From positions 1 through 62,894 of the IMG/VR virus record IMGVR_UViG_3300023283_000096: DNA of 62,894 nucleotides; one strand, 5' to 3'. A program made the position numbers and the translations under genes. How positions within the stretch are numbered: position 1 is the first letter of the stretch; the number at the start of each line of letters is the position of its first letter. This document shows, one piece after another, positions 1 through 8,727 of the stretch. The notes beneath the pieces are model-generated. The model was not told the DNA's origin and did not search any database. It worked only from the letters and a program-made list of their open reading frames with translations. Source of the DNA: a virus. Taxonomy: Duplodnaviria; Caudoviricetes.

Positions 1-127
1 AATTTCAGTTGAGCACATAGTCAATCCTCCTCGTTTGCAATTTTCAGAAGTACGTCAGCGTGGCACCTGAGCGGTGCGCACCAGCAGATAAGGTTTTTGC
101 CTTTTAGTTCGGCTTTGGCTTGCGCCA
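1..127. repeat. Terminal direct repeat, copy 1 (circular overlap)
   Basis: Identical to 62768-62894; 127 nt equals a common assembler k-mer, so probably a circularisation overlap. Confidence 0.95.
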
Positions 128-284
128 CCAATTCAGGCTTCGACCTTATCCATTTCTCATACGCGGCTATCACTTCATCGCGCGTACCACCCCTACCGGA
201 TCGGAAGGGATTACCATATTTCGTGGGCCTACCCACATACACGCCATTTGTTTCGCCACGTCTTTTATTTAGTACTTTCACCAT
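21..284 (-). CDS. DUF4326-family protein
   Basis: VYVGRPTKYGNPF and LKGKNLICWCAPLRCHADVL motifs; AGGAGG RBS 6 nt before ATG at 284. Confidence 0.8.
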   Translation of the reverse strand: MVKVLNKRRGETNGVYVGRPTKYGNPFRSGRGGTRDEVIAAYEKWIRSKPELVAQAKAELKGKNLICWCAPLRCHADVLLKIANEED

Positions 285-347
285 TTTCATCCTCCTGATT
301 AAACAACAATCAACTGCCAGCACCCATTGCCGGCAGAGCAACCAAAT

Positions 348-380
348 CTCATCAAACGCGCGACGCCTCCGGCGGAGCGC
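348..380 (-). promoter_or_regulatory. Conserved 33-bp early-gene leader motif, copy A
   Basis: 30/33 identical to 58667-58699 with a 24-bp perfect core. Confidence 0.6.
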
Positions 381-424
381 CCTGCGTCCCCACGGGCATA
401 GGCGTACAGCCTCGGCTACAGCAT

Positions 425-456
425 AAAAAAAGCCCCGACGCCGAAGCGCCGGGGCT
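425..456 (-). terminator. Rho-independent terminator
   Basis: AGCCCCGGCGC-TTCG-GCGTCGGGGCT stem (cUUCGg loop) ending in a T7 run on the - strand. Confidence 0.9.
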
Positions 457-462
457 GGGTGG

Positions 463-708
463 TTAGAATGCCGGCGGCTCGAAGTTCGAGCCTAGATCGT
501 GCCACTTGGTCAGATCGACCTGGCCTGCCTCGAGCACGGCCTTGCGGGTCACCGCAGCCTGCCACGGTTCATCGAAGCTGGCATCGAGGGTCAGTACGTC
601 TATGACCTTGTTCGGCTTGGTGCGCCGGAACAGCTTGAGTGCATGGGGGTAGTCATCATCGTATGCCACGGTGTCATGCTCGGTCAGCGTGTAGGTATTG
701 TTCGACAT
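463..708 (-). CDS. Hypothetical early protein
   Basis: 81-aa ORF with GGAG RBS, followed by a terminator. Confidence 0.75.
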   Translation of the reverse strand: MSNNTYTLTEHDTVAYDDDYPHALKLFRRTKPNKVIDVLTLDASFDEPWQAAVTRKAVLEAGQVDLTKWHDLGSNFEPPAF

Positions 709-1010
709 ATCTATTTCTCCAATCGTTTAAGTTTGTCCGCCAGCACCCGCTGCCGGCAGATCACTCAATCCCCCTTAGCCGCGGGCGAGCTATGCGAGCT
801 CGCTGATAAGAAGGTTCAATTCACGCCCAGGGACTCAAGCTTCTTACGCGCTGGGCCTGAAACGAATCGGGGGTTCGAAGTTGGCGGTTTAGGGGAGAGC
901 AGTCACAGCACCTTAGTACCCTGAATTTGGCAGAATTTACCCCGCCACCGAAGTTCCAGTGGAATTTACCCCGGGAAGCCCCTTAAGCCCCTTAAGCTGG
1001 CAAAGCCCGC

Positions 1011-1039
1011 TTGACACCCAGCTCCAGCTCCACTAGGCT
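1011..1039 (+). promoter_or_regulatory. Sigma70-type promoter
   Basis: TTGACA-17 nt-TAGGCT. Confidence 0.7.
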
Positions 1040-1045
1040 GTAGCT

Positions 1046-1138
1046 GCAGGACGTTCCCTCCCAGCGCCCTGCGACATCACTCCTCGCTAATCTGAGCGGG
1101 GCTAACCTTGAGCCCGGGCTTGTTCCGGGCTCTTTTTT
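1046..1138 (+). ncRNA. Putative small RNA with anti-SD motifs
   Basis: Between a promoter and an intrinsic terminator; three hairpins; CCCTCCC loop and ACTCCT; no + strand ORF. Confidence 0.55.
1110..1138 (+). terminator. Rho-independent terminator
   Basis: GAGCCCGG-GCTTGTT-CCGGGCTC followed by T6. Confidence 0.85.
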
Positions 1139-1148
1139 GGGCTATACT
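1120..1148 (+). promoter_or_regulatory. Sigma70-type promoter for the late operon, embedded in the terminator
   Basis: TTGTTC-17 nt-TATACT just upstream of the first late gene. Confidence 0.5.
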
Positions 1149-1173
1149 CGAGCCCATGCTGTATTGAAAGGTT

Positions 1174-1572
1174 TTGCCAGTGAAACCGATCCGTTACCAG
1201 ATCCACGTCTACCAGAATGCCTCGTGGCGGCTGCAGGCGACGTTCAAAGACCCACAGGACACTCCACTGGACCTGTCCGGCCACGAAGGCATGCTGGTCG
1301 TGAGGCAGTCTGTCGCCGCCCCCGAAGCCGTGCTGCGCGTCGACAGTACTTCAGGCAACGTGATCCTGACCGCTGATAGCGAGAACAACATCACCATCAG
1401 GCTCTCAGTAACCGAGACCGATGAGCTGCCGACGTCCAACCGTGAGATCGACGACTGGGTCTACGAGTTCCTGATCTGGGAGACGGCCAGCCCCGAAGAC
1501 ACGACCACCCGGCTGCTCGAGGGTAGCTTCCGCGTCTCACCCGCTGTGGCCCGGGAGGATGATCCGGCATGA
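1174..1572 (+). CDS. Virion structural protein (BppU N-terminal-like fibre adaptor)
   Basis: PLDLSG...LVVRQ and YEFLI...RLLEGSFRVSP pattern; first gene of the fibre cluster; start could be GTG 1180. Confidence 0.55.
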   Translation: MPVKPIRYQIHVYQNASWRLQATFKDPQDTPLDLSGHEGMLVVRQSVAAPEAVLRVDSTSGNVILTADSENNITIRLSVTETDELPTSNREIDDWVYEFLIWETASPEDTTTRLLEGSFRVSPAVAREDDPA

Positions 1573-2162
1573 GCACACTCGAGATCACCGAGAACAACCA
1601 GACCGCTGAGTTCAACATCACCGAACAAAGCGTCGACATCACTGAGGTGCTCCAGACACTCCAGATCAGCGCCTCGGACTCAAGTCTGGTGCTCAACGAG
1701 GTCAACCAGAACCTCGAAATTGTCTCGCCGGCCCAGTCCTCGCTCGAGCTCGTCGACCAGACCTCGAGCCTCGAGATCATCCCCGACGCCGTCGTCCTCA
1801 ACCAGACGTTCCAGAGCGGGTCAAGTCTGCTCAGTGTCGTTGCCGGTGAAACGCTGGGCGGGCACCGGGCCGTGTACGTCGAAGATGGCGAGGCGTTTTA
1901 TGCCAGCCCCGGCGACGATATCTCCGGCCAGGTGGTGGGCATCACGACGGGCGCGGCGGGCGCAGGTGCCCAGGTCAACGTACAGTTCGCCGGTCAGATG
2001 GACGAGGCCGGGTGGGAGTTTTCCCCCGGGCCGGTCTACATTGGCGCCGACGGTACCCTGGTCCAGAACCGGCCTGCAGCTGGTTGGATCATCAACATCG
2101 GCGTGGCGGTGACTCCAACGCGCCTGCTGATCAACAAATCCATGAGCATAGAGGTAGCTTGA
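1569..2162 (+). CDS. Fibre/decoration protein
   Basis: N-terminal ~9-aa beta repeats; C-terminal AGETLGGHRAV...VYIGADGTL domain typical of small fibre or cement proteins. Confidence 0.6.
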   Translation: MSTLEITENNQTAEFNITEQSVDITEVLQTLQISASDSSLVLNEVNQNLEIVSPAQSSLELVDQTSSLEIIPDAVVLNQTFQSGSSLLSVVAGETLGGHRAVYVEDGEAFYASPGDDISGQVVGITTGAAGAGAQVNVQFAGQMDEAGWEFSPGPVYIGADGTLVQNRPAAGWIINIGVAVTPTRLLINKSMSIEVA

Positions 2163-2163
2163 C

Positions 2164-2682
2164 ATGGCGGACAAATACATCAAGCGCGGGACTGGCAGCG
2201 CGGACTTACAGGAAGTCGAAGGCCAGGACACCAGTGCCGGCGCAGGTGATGCCGGTAAAATCGTCGCGCTCGATGCGGCGGGCAAGCTCGACGGCACCCT
2301 GTTCCCTTCAGGCTTCGGTGAAGAGACGATCACACTGACGGCCTCCGAGGCGCTCAGTGCCGGAGACTTCGTCAATATCCACGACGATGCCGGCACGCCC
2401 AGCATGAGGAAGGCCGACGCCACATCGACGGGTAAGGCCGCCGACGGGTTCGTCGTGACCTCGATCAGCTCGGGCAACACCGGGGCGTTTCATCCGATGG
2501 GGGCGCTGAATGACCAGCTCACGTCGCTGACCGTCGGGTCGATTTATTACCTGGCCACCACGGCGGGTACGGCTACGACGACCCGGCCGAGCTCGACGGG
2601 TAACGTGATCCAGCGCGTCGGGCGGGCGGTCAACGCCACGACGATCGACACGGGTGACTATAACGTCGTAGAGATCCTCTGA
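2164..2682 (+). CDS. Fibre/decoration protein
   Basis: GKIVALDAAGKLD and ASEALSAGDFVNI...RKADA...ADGFV motifs; context. Confidence 0.6.
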   Translation: MADKYIKRGTGSADLQEVEGQDTSAGAGDAGKIVALDAAGKLDGTLFPSGFGEETITLTASEALSAGDFVNIHDDAGTPSMRKADATSTGKAADGFVVTSISSGNTGAFHPMGALNDQLTSLTVGSIYYLATTAGTATTTRPSSTGNVIQRVGRAVNATTIDTGDYNVVEIL

Positions 2683-2683
2683 T

Positions 2684-5467
2684 ATGCCCGCGCGGCGCGT
2701 CCTCATCGAGAGCCTCGATGCTGTTGACTTCAAGCTCGACGCACTTACTACTGACGATGTCGTAGAAGGAGCAGACCTCTACTTCACCGACGCTCGGGCA
2801 CAGGCTGCTATTGACAAGGCTCACGTCGACAGTCTCAATGTCGACGCGGATACGCTGGACGGCCAGCAGGGCGCGCACTACCTTGATCGCTCAAACCACA
2901 CAGGCACCGAGCCGGACAGCGCGATTCCGGAGTCGGCTGTTACGCAGCACGGTGACGGGCGGTATGGGCAGCTCGCCACAATTAACACTTGGACCGGACC
3001 GGATCATCTATTTGACGGGAGAGTAGTAGCAGGCGATGGGACCTCTGGTACATCTGGATCAGGATACTCGCTCAAGTTCCCAGCAGATGGCAGTTATAGG
3101 ACGTGTGTCATTGTTGACAACGACGACGAAATAAAAATCGGGAGTGGAATATGGACTGCTGTCTATTTTCAGACTGCTAGTGGTGACGAGTTAAGAGTAG
3201 GCGGCGGGTTCAAGGTCGGATTTCCCGTTGGCGGTCTGCAGGGGTTTGGAACCGTCAATGCCGAAGAACTCTACGAAGACGGCAACCGCGCCGCTACGCT
3301 AGATGCAAGCGACAATCTTGTCGCAAAGTCCGTAGGGCGCAGTCTTGAATCATTCCATAAAGCCTACAAGCCCCGCCGTCTCATCGACGCCCACGGCGTC
3401 TCCGACCTTATCACATGGGCCAGAGCCAGCGAGGGTACGCGCGTAAATGAGCAGGGGCTGATCGAGACTGTACCCGCCGACACACCACGCATAGACCATG
3501 ACCCGCTGACCGGGGCGTACCGTGGAGTGCTGGTGGAGGAAGCGCGGACGAACGAGCTTCTATACTCAGAAGATTTATCGAATGCAGAATGGAATAAGTT
3601 TTCCAATGTATCTATAGGTACGCCTATATCCAAGATCGGACTGAGTTTAGATGAGATCATCAATGATTCGACCGATCCGTACAAGGCCGTGAATCAGGGC
3701 AGCATTACGCTTGCCGATCAGGAATATGCAACCTGTACAGCTTACGTTACTGCCGGATCATCGGATCGTACACTTCTTGGAGTTTGGGCAACTTCTGGGA
3801 CTGCTCGCCTTGGATTGAATTGGGATTCTTCTGGCGTTCCGACACCCTTTGCCGAACAAAGCTTCTGGGACTTGGACCTTGTTGAGTCTGATGTCGAGTT
3901 GCATAACGATGGTGTCTATCGTGCCACGATTATCATGCAAAATATATCCGGTGCTTCAACGACAATAACTGCTCGATACTACGTCACGTGGTCTACGGCG
4001 CCAGCGGCGACCGGGGAAAACACTTTCGCGGGCGGCTTTCAGTTAGAGCTTGCTAGAAATGCATCCAGCTACATCCCCACCGAAGGCACCACCGCGACCC
4101 GCGCCGCTGACCTCGCCGTAAGCGACGGGCCGGACTTTGATGCATGGTGGAACCCGGCGGGCGGGGTGTTTGTTGCGGAGTTTATAAGCGCATCTGCAAA
4201 CGACGGCCGGGTAATTGGGGTGGACAACGGAAGTAATAGTGAACGGATTCAGTTCGACGTGGAAGGTGAGGTAATAATAACGGAGAATGGCAACACGCAA
4301 GCCGCATGGTCAAATAGTCTTGCACAAAATGTAACACATAGGGCGAGTATCCGAGTCGCACAAGATTCATTTTTGCTTGCGATAGATGGAGCAATCGACC
4401 ATACAGATAGCAGCGTTATCATTCCCGATGTGACTCAATTACAAGTCGGAAATGATTCTTCAAATAGACACATGAACGGCGGCATCCGCCAACTGACCTA
4501 CTACCCCTTCCCCGACATGCCCGATGCTGACATCGAGTTCGCATCCGTGGTCGGCAGGGATATCCTTGGGGTGGAAAATACGCAGGAAATGCCCGCGCTG
4601 GAAAAGCAGTTTACGCAAGCAGTTGTAGATGAGTTGATCACGGGGCGCTGGACGTTTGACGCGCCAGTAGACTTTTTTGGCGATATATTCATCGGCTCTC
4701 CACCTGACTTCCTGGCGGTTGAATCGTCTCCGGGGGAAGTTACGCTGTCGGTGCCAGCGTCGGTTGATATGGTGTTTGTGGCGGACACGACAGAAGTACT
4801 GCGGATGGGACCGAATGGAGTTACGCAGTTAACGGTCGGCTCCCCCAGCCCCAATTTTATAGATCCTCAGGGGCCGGGCGACATAAATGCTGAACGGGTG
4901 ATGGTTGACGGGGATGATGTCATGACGACGCAGGGTGTATCCGACATTAGCGTCGTCGCGCCGTTAGAGACCCAAGTGGCGCTGACGGATATTGGAGAAA
5001 GCCACGTACTTTCAATTAACTCTGACGCATTTAAGGAAAGGGGGGTAACCGTCTCAACCTCAACAGATTCGACTACTAATATAAATACTTCGTCATGGGC
5101 AGAATTACCTTTCAATAGCACCTTATTATTGACTTTACCAGGCGCTAATACTATTACCAACGCAATTATTGTGCCGCCGGGGATATACAGAGTGTTTGGC
5201 CAGATAACATACTCGACATTAGTGGCGAGAGCAAACGTTGGTATATCCATAGCGCTTGATGGTGTCAGAACTACTGCTATAGGTGCTGGCGGGTATGTTA
5301 GATCATCGAGTGGTCATAATGAAGGTTCATCGATAATTGAGGATTATGTGGCGTTCTCGACTGACACGACTATATCTTTAATGGGGATCCAACTTGCGGC
5401 ATCTGGGACAGTTACTTTACGCTCGGGCCAATCTAGATTTATTATAGCTAGGGAAGGACCGCTATGA
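2684..5467 (+). CDS. Tail fibre / receptor-binding protein
   Basis: EGADLYFTDARA and ADTLDGQQGAHYLDRSNHTG fibre motifs; central RASEGT...VEEARTN carbohydrate-binding/LamG-like module; beta-rich C-terminus. Confidence 0.8.
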   Translation: MPARRVLIESLDAVDFKLDALTTDDVVEGADLYFTDARAQAAIDKAHVDSLNVDADTLDGQQGAHYLDRSNHTGTEPDSAIPESAVTQHGDGRYGQLATINTWTGPDHLFDGRVVAGDGTSGTSGSGYSLKFPADGSYRTCVIVDNDDEIKIGSGIWTAVYFQTASGDELRVGGGFKVGFPVGGLQGFGTVNAEELYEDGNRAATLDASDNLVAKSVGRSLESFHKAYKPRRLIDAHGVSDLITWARASEGTRVNEQGLIETVPADTPRIDHDPLTGAYRGVLVEEARTNELLYSEDLSNAEWNKFSNVSIGTPISKIGLSLDEIINDSTDPYKAVNQGSITLADQEYATCTAYVTAGSSDRTLLGVWATSGTARLGLNWDSSGVPTPFAEQSFWDLDLVESDVELHNDGVYRATIIMQNISGASTTITARYYVTWSTAPAATGENTFAGGFQLELARNASSYIPTEGTTATRAADLAVSDGPDFDAWWNPAGGVFVAEFISASANDGRVIGVDNGSNSERIQFDVEGEVIITENGNTQAAWSNSLAQNVTHRASIRVAQDSFLLAIDGAIDHTDSSVIIPDVTQLQVGNDSSNRHMNGGIRQLTYYPFPDMPDADIEFASVVGRDILGVENTQEMPALEKQFTQAVVDELITGRWTFDAPVDFFGDIFIGSPPDFLAVESSPGEVTLSVPASVDMVFVADTTEVLRMGPNGVTQLTVGSPSPNFIDPQGPGDINAERVMVDGDDVMTTQGVSDISVVAPLETQVALTDIGESHVLSINSDAFKERGVTVSTSTDSTTNINTSSWAELPFNSTLLLTLPGANTITNAIIVPPGIYRVFGQITYSTLVARANVGISIALDGVRTTAIGAGGYVRSSSGHNEGSSIIEDYVAFSTDTTISLMGIQLAASGTVTLRSGQSRFIIAREGPL

Positions 5468-7155
5468 AAACTTACTTTGGAAAACTCAGACTCGACCCCT
5501 CAGTCGGCGACGTGGAGCTGTGGGTCAATGGCCAGCATTTCATGGACAGTATTGATGTGTCTGAGCATCCAGACGTGGCGCTGGAGGAGGACCTTGTTGT
5601 CGAGCTTTACGGCCAGCGGCTGGTAAGTTGGGCGCCTGATCCGAGGATGCCGCGGGCTGGTTCTTCCTCAAGGAAAGACATAGCGCTGGTGCGGGTACTC
5701 GGTGCAGGCGACGAGATTGAAGACCGACATCATAAAGAAATGCGCGACTGGGCCAAGCGGATGCAGGACGAGTACCGCCGGCTGGCCAGAGGACAGTGGG
5801 AGGTTACGGTCACCCCTTACGTGATCCACAACAAGGAAGGCGGGAGCACCGGGCTTAGGGGCATGGACTGGCGCTACATGCGTGAACAGATTAAGAAGGT
5901 CAATCCGGATAATCGGCACAACTACTGGCACGGCGTCGGGGGCTTCTCAAGCACTGCCTGCGGGGTCGCATGGGTACGCGGGAATGAGGCATGGACCTAC
6001 CCGGCGTGCAGCTACAAGACAGCTATACACGAGCAGGGGCACAATTTTGGGCTCGGGCATGCCGGCAGCAGGACAGCACAATACGGTGAGCGAACGGCAT
6101 GGCAGGGCACGGGTAGCCAGCGCGACGACTCGAACACGCCGCACCTGGCCAAGCTGGGGCTGATCGAGGACGACCGGATCGAGACGCTGTCTGACTTGCA
6201 GTCGGGGACTTTCTACATTGCTCAGGGCACGACGCACCCGCTGGCGCTGCCGGAGGGGGTGCTCAAGCAGGTCGAGATTCGCAGGGACGGCACGCCCAAA
6301 GTGTTGTCGGTCTCCTACCACGATGGCCGGGTGGACATCCACAAGCCCCGGACAGACACCGCCCGGACATTTACCTACACTGCTCGGCTGGAGTCGCTTA
6401 AAACGGGGGAGCGCTTCGAGGAGTTTGGCGTCAGTGTCGAGGTGACCAGCATCAGTGGCGGGGTTGCCAGAGTGGTCATCAACGACGGGGACGATGGCAG
6501 CTGGGTGCCGGGCATGACAACGCCGGACGAGAACGAGAACCCGCTGCTGTGCGGAGGGCTCTGGGCGAACGAAGACCAGCACGTACAAGGGCTGCAGGTG
6601 ATGCCGCTGCCCAACCGGCAGCAGGTGATGGTCTCGTGGCTGACTTGGGACAGAGACTACCGGCAGCGCTGGGCGGTCATGGTCGGTGATATCGACGCCC
6701 ACAACGTGGTCCGGGGCACGCTGAGCACTGCTGACGGTCCTGTGGGCCAGGCCGAGATGTATTTCATAGACACCGACAGGGCGGTCTTTCGGGCGGTGAC
6801 GAACCTCGTGGACACACATACAGTCCGTATTGCCACGCCCGTTGAGCGGTTCGCGAAGGGTGAGATCAGGTTCTACAGCACCGGAGACGGGCAGGGTTTG
6901 GTCTCGCTTGACAGCGGCGGCGGGTGGATGACGGCGTACGTGCTCGATAGTACCATCAACCGCCTCCAGGCGCGGGGGATGCAGCGCTGGCGGCTGGCAC
7001 AGGGGCCTAAGGATAATATGAAGGTCTACGAGGTCACAGGTGGTATGGTAGGCGTGGCCGCCGATTATGAGATGGAAGGAACAGGAGTTATGTCGATCGA
7101 GGCGAGAACGGTCCGGATCGGCGGAGAGCAGCATGAATTGGTCAGATTGGCGTAA
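5464..7155 (+). CDS. Metzincin-type zinc metallopeptidase
   Basis: HEQGHNFGLGH (HExxHxxGxxH) at 6028-6060, preceded by CGVAW. Confidence 0.75.
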   Translation: MKTYFGKLRLDPSVGDVELWVNGQHFMDSIDVSEHPDVALEEDLVVELYGQRLVSWAPDPRMPRAGSSSRKDIALVRVLGAGDEIEDRHHKEMRDWAKRMQDEYRRLARGQWEVTVTPYVIHNKEGGSTGLRGMDWRYMREQIKKVNPDNRHNYWHGVGGFSSTACGVAWVRGNEAWTYPACSYKTAIHEQGHNFGLGHAGSRTAQYGERTAWQGTGSQRDDSNTPHLAKLGLIEDDRIETLSDLQSGTFYIAQGTTHPLALPEGVLKQVEIRRDGTPKVLSVSYHDGRVDIHKPRTDTARTFTYTARLESLKTGERFEEFGVSVEVTSISGGVARVVINDGDDGSWVPGMTTPDENENPLLCGGLWANEDQHVQGLQVMPLPNRQQVMVSWLTWDRDYRQRWAVMVGDIDAHNVVRGTLSTADGPVGQAEMYFIDTDRAVFRAVTNLVDTHTVRIATPVERFAKGEIRFYSTGDGQGLVSLDSGGGWMTAYVLDSTINRLQARGMQRWRLAQGPKDNMKVYEVTGGMVGVAADYEMEGTGVMSIEARTVRIGGEQHELVRLA

Positions 7156-7167
7156 AAGGAGAGAGCT

Positions 7168-7335
7168 ATGATAGAATTAATAGTAGAAGCACTGGTTGCC
7201 TACTTGATCGGAGCACTTGCTGTGTGGGCTGACAGGGCTCCAAAACTTGGCATTCGTGGCGGTCGTATCGGCGTGTGGAAATGGCCGTTTTCGATATTCA
7301 GGCTCGCGCGTATGTACTTCCGGCGAGAAGGTTGA
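7168..7335 (+). CDS. Small membrane protein (55 aa, not in ORF track)
   Basis: AGGAG RBS; MIELIVEALVAYLIGALAVW hydrophobic N-terminus, basic C-terminus; TGATG overlap with the next gene. Confidence 0.6.
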   Translation: MIELIVEALVAYLIGALAVWADRAPKLGIRGGRIGVWKWPFSIFRLARMYFRREG

Positions 7336-7700
7336 TGACCGATATGGACCCACAACTCAGAATGTCGCACCAGATTGACCGCAATACAGAGCGGCTAGAT
7401 AGCCATGCTGCGCTGATTGCGGATCTCGCGGCTCGGATGCACATTACCGAAAACCAGGCTGAACGGTTGTGGGAGCAGCTAGGAAAAATGGAGGCACATG
7501 CTGCGTCGCGCCATAGCGAGACAATGGATGCCATACATGAGTTGAAAACGGACGGTGCGGTGTTGTCGTCACGGGTTGAAATGCGTAGTAAGCTAGCAGG
7601 TAAATTAATAGCAGGCGCGGGGCTTATTGTAGGAGCAGCGTGGGCAGCCTGGCAGCTTGGAGCGGCTCTGATCAGTTACATAAAAGGGGTAGGAAGTTAA
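7335..7700 (+). CDS. Coiled-coil protein with C-terminal TM helix (lysis-associated)
   Basis: Heptad-like region plus LIAGAGLIVGAAWAAW; directly precedes the endolysin. Confidence 0.6.
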   Translation: MTDMDPQLRMSHQIDRNTERLDSHAALIADLAARMHITENQAERLWEQLGKMEAHAASRHSETMDAIHELKTDGAVLSSRVEMRSKLAGKLIAGAGLIVGAAWAAWQLGAALISYIKGVGS

Positions 7701-8176
7701 TGAATGGATATAGAGCGGTAGTTGCATCGAAGTGGTTTACGCTCAGCGAGTTTACCGAGCCAGAAGACCTTAAACATACTCGCGGTGATTTGATACACGA
7801 GCTTGACGCGCTACGCAGTGAATACGGATCTCCAATCCACCCGTCGCGGCACCCGGACGGCCTTGCGCGCATGGATGGCTCGACTACAAGCCGCCACTAC
7901 GTAGGCAACGGTCGGCTGTGTGATGCGATTGACGTGTTCCCGGAGGGCCGAATCGGCTCGTTTCTGGTTGCCGTCATGTTGCGCATGGCGTTCAGGGGTA
8001 TCGGGGTCTACGGAGATACTCAGATCAGCGAACCATACCAGCCTGGGCCAATGGTACACCTGGATCGGCGCCCAGGACAGCTGGAGCTGTGGGTCAGGCA
8101 GGACGGAGAATACATCTACCGCAACAATGACCCACATCGGTTCTACGAGATACTTGGAGAAATTCTGAGTTACTAG
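7700..8176 (+). CDS. Endolysin, peptidase M15-like
   Basis: SRHY...AIDV...GIGVY...VHLD zinc-peptidase pattern; lysis context. Confidence 0.7.
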   Translation: MNGYRAVVASKWFTLSEFTEPEDLKHTRGDLIHELDALRSEYGSPIHPSRHPDGLARMDGSTTSRHYVGNGRLCDAIDVFPEGRIGSFLVAVMLRMAFRGIGVYGDTQISEPYQPGPMVHLDRRPGQLELWVRQDGEYIYRNNDPHRFYEILGEILSY

Positions 8177-8185
8177 GAGGCAGAT

Positions 8186-8416
8186 ATGGACCTGAACGAT
8201 CACCCTGACCCAAAACAGCGCTGGTTTCATAGACGGGTTCAGTCGTATCTAGCTTTAATTGGCATTATTTGTTTACCCGTAGTGGCTGTTTTTACTAACC
8301 ATGAAGCTCTTGGCAGGGTCGCAGACGCTGTGACCTGGCCGCTGGGTTTGATTGTGCTGGGCTACCATGGCTGCAGTGCCTGGGAGTCGATCAACATCAA
8401 CAGGAGCTCGAAATGA
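8186..8416 (+). CDS. Putative holin
   Basis: 76 aa, two hydrophobic segments, next to the endolysin. Confidence 0.6.
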   Translation: MDLNDHPDPKQRWFHRRVQSYLALIGIICLPVVAVFTNHEALGRVADAVTWPLGLIVLGYHGCSAWESININRSSK

Positions 8417-8727
8417 AGTGGCTTCGGTGGTTCGCGGGGATTTTCGTGGCCCTGGCGGGTATGTTCTTCTTCATGCGGGCCGGCTCCCACCGCAAGAAGC
8501 AACGCAAGCTCGAGCGCAAGATTGCCGACAAGCAGCAACAGGCTGGGGCTTATGCCGAAAAAGCCCGATCCGAGCACGAGAAGGCTGAAGCTGCCAAGCT
8601 CAGAGCACTGGCCGCGGTATCCGAAGGCCAGGCGCGCGTAAAGAAACTTAAGGAGAGTGGGAATGAAGATCTGGCTAAGCGCGTTGATGATTTTAATCGC
8701 CGGTTGCGCCAACGTAGAGGTTCGTGA
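8413..8727 (+). CDS. Putative i-spanin
   Basis: N-terminal TM helix followed by a charged coiled coil; overlapped by a lipoprotein gene. Confidence 0.6.
   Translation: MKWLRWFAGIFVALAGMFFFMRAGSHRKKQRKLERKIADKQQQAGAYAEKARSEHEKAEAAKLRALAAVSEGQARVKKLKESGNEDLAKRVDDFNRRLRQRRGS

Noticed and set aside
1-127. Biological terminal repeat
   Set aside because: Length matches an assembler k-mer and the junction falls inside an operon
866-890. tRNA T-loop-like GGTTCGAA
   Set aside because: No T-stem pairing or cloverleaf; the same applies near 62720
1033-1086. 14-aa ORF antisense to the putative sRNA (MSQGAGRERPAATA)
   Set aside because: Only 2 nt between GAGGAG and ATG, peptide not hydrophobic, no promoter seen; not a convincing type I toxin
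2684-5467. Diversity-generating retroelement or invertible fibre cassette
   Set aside because: No reverse transcriptase, invertase or template/variable repeat pair seen
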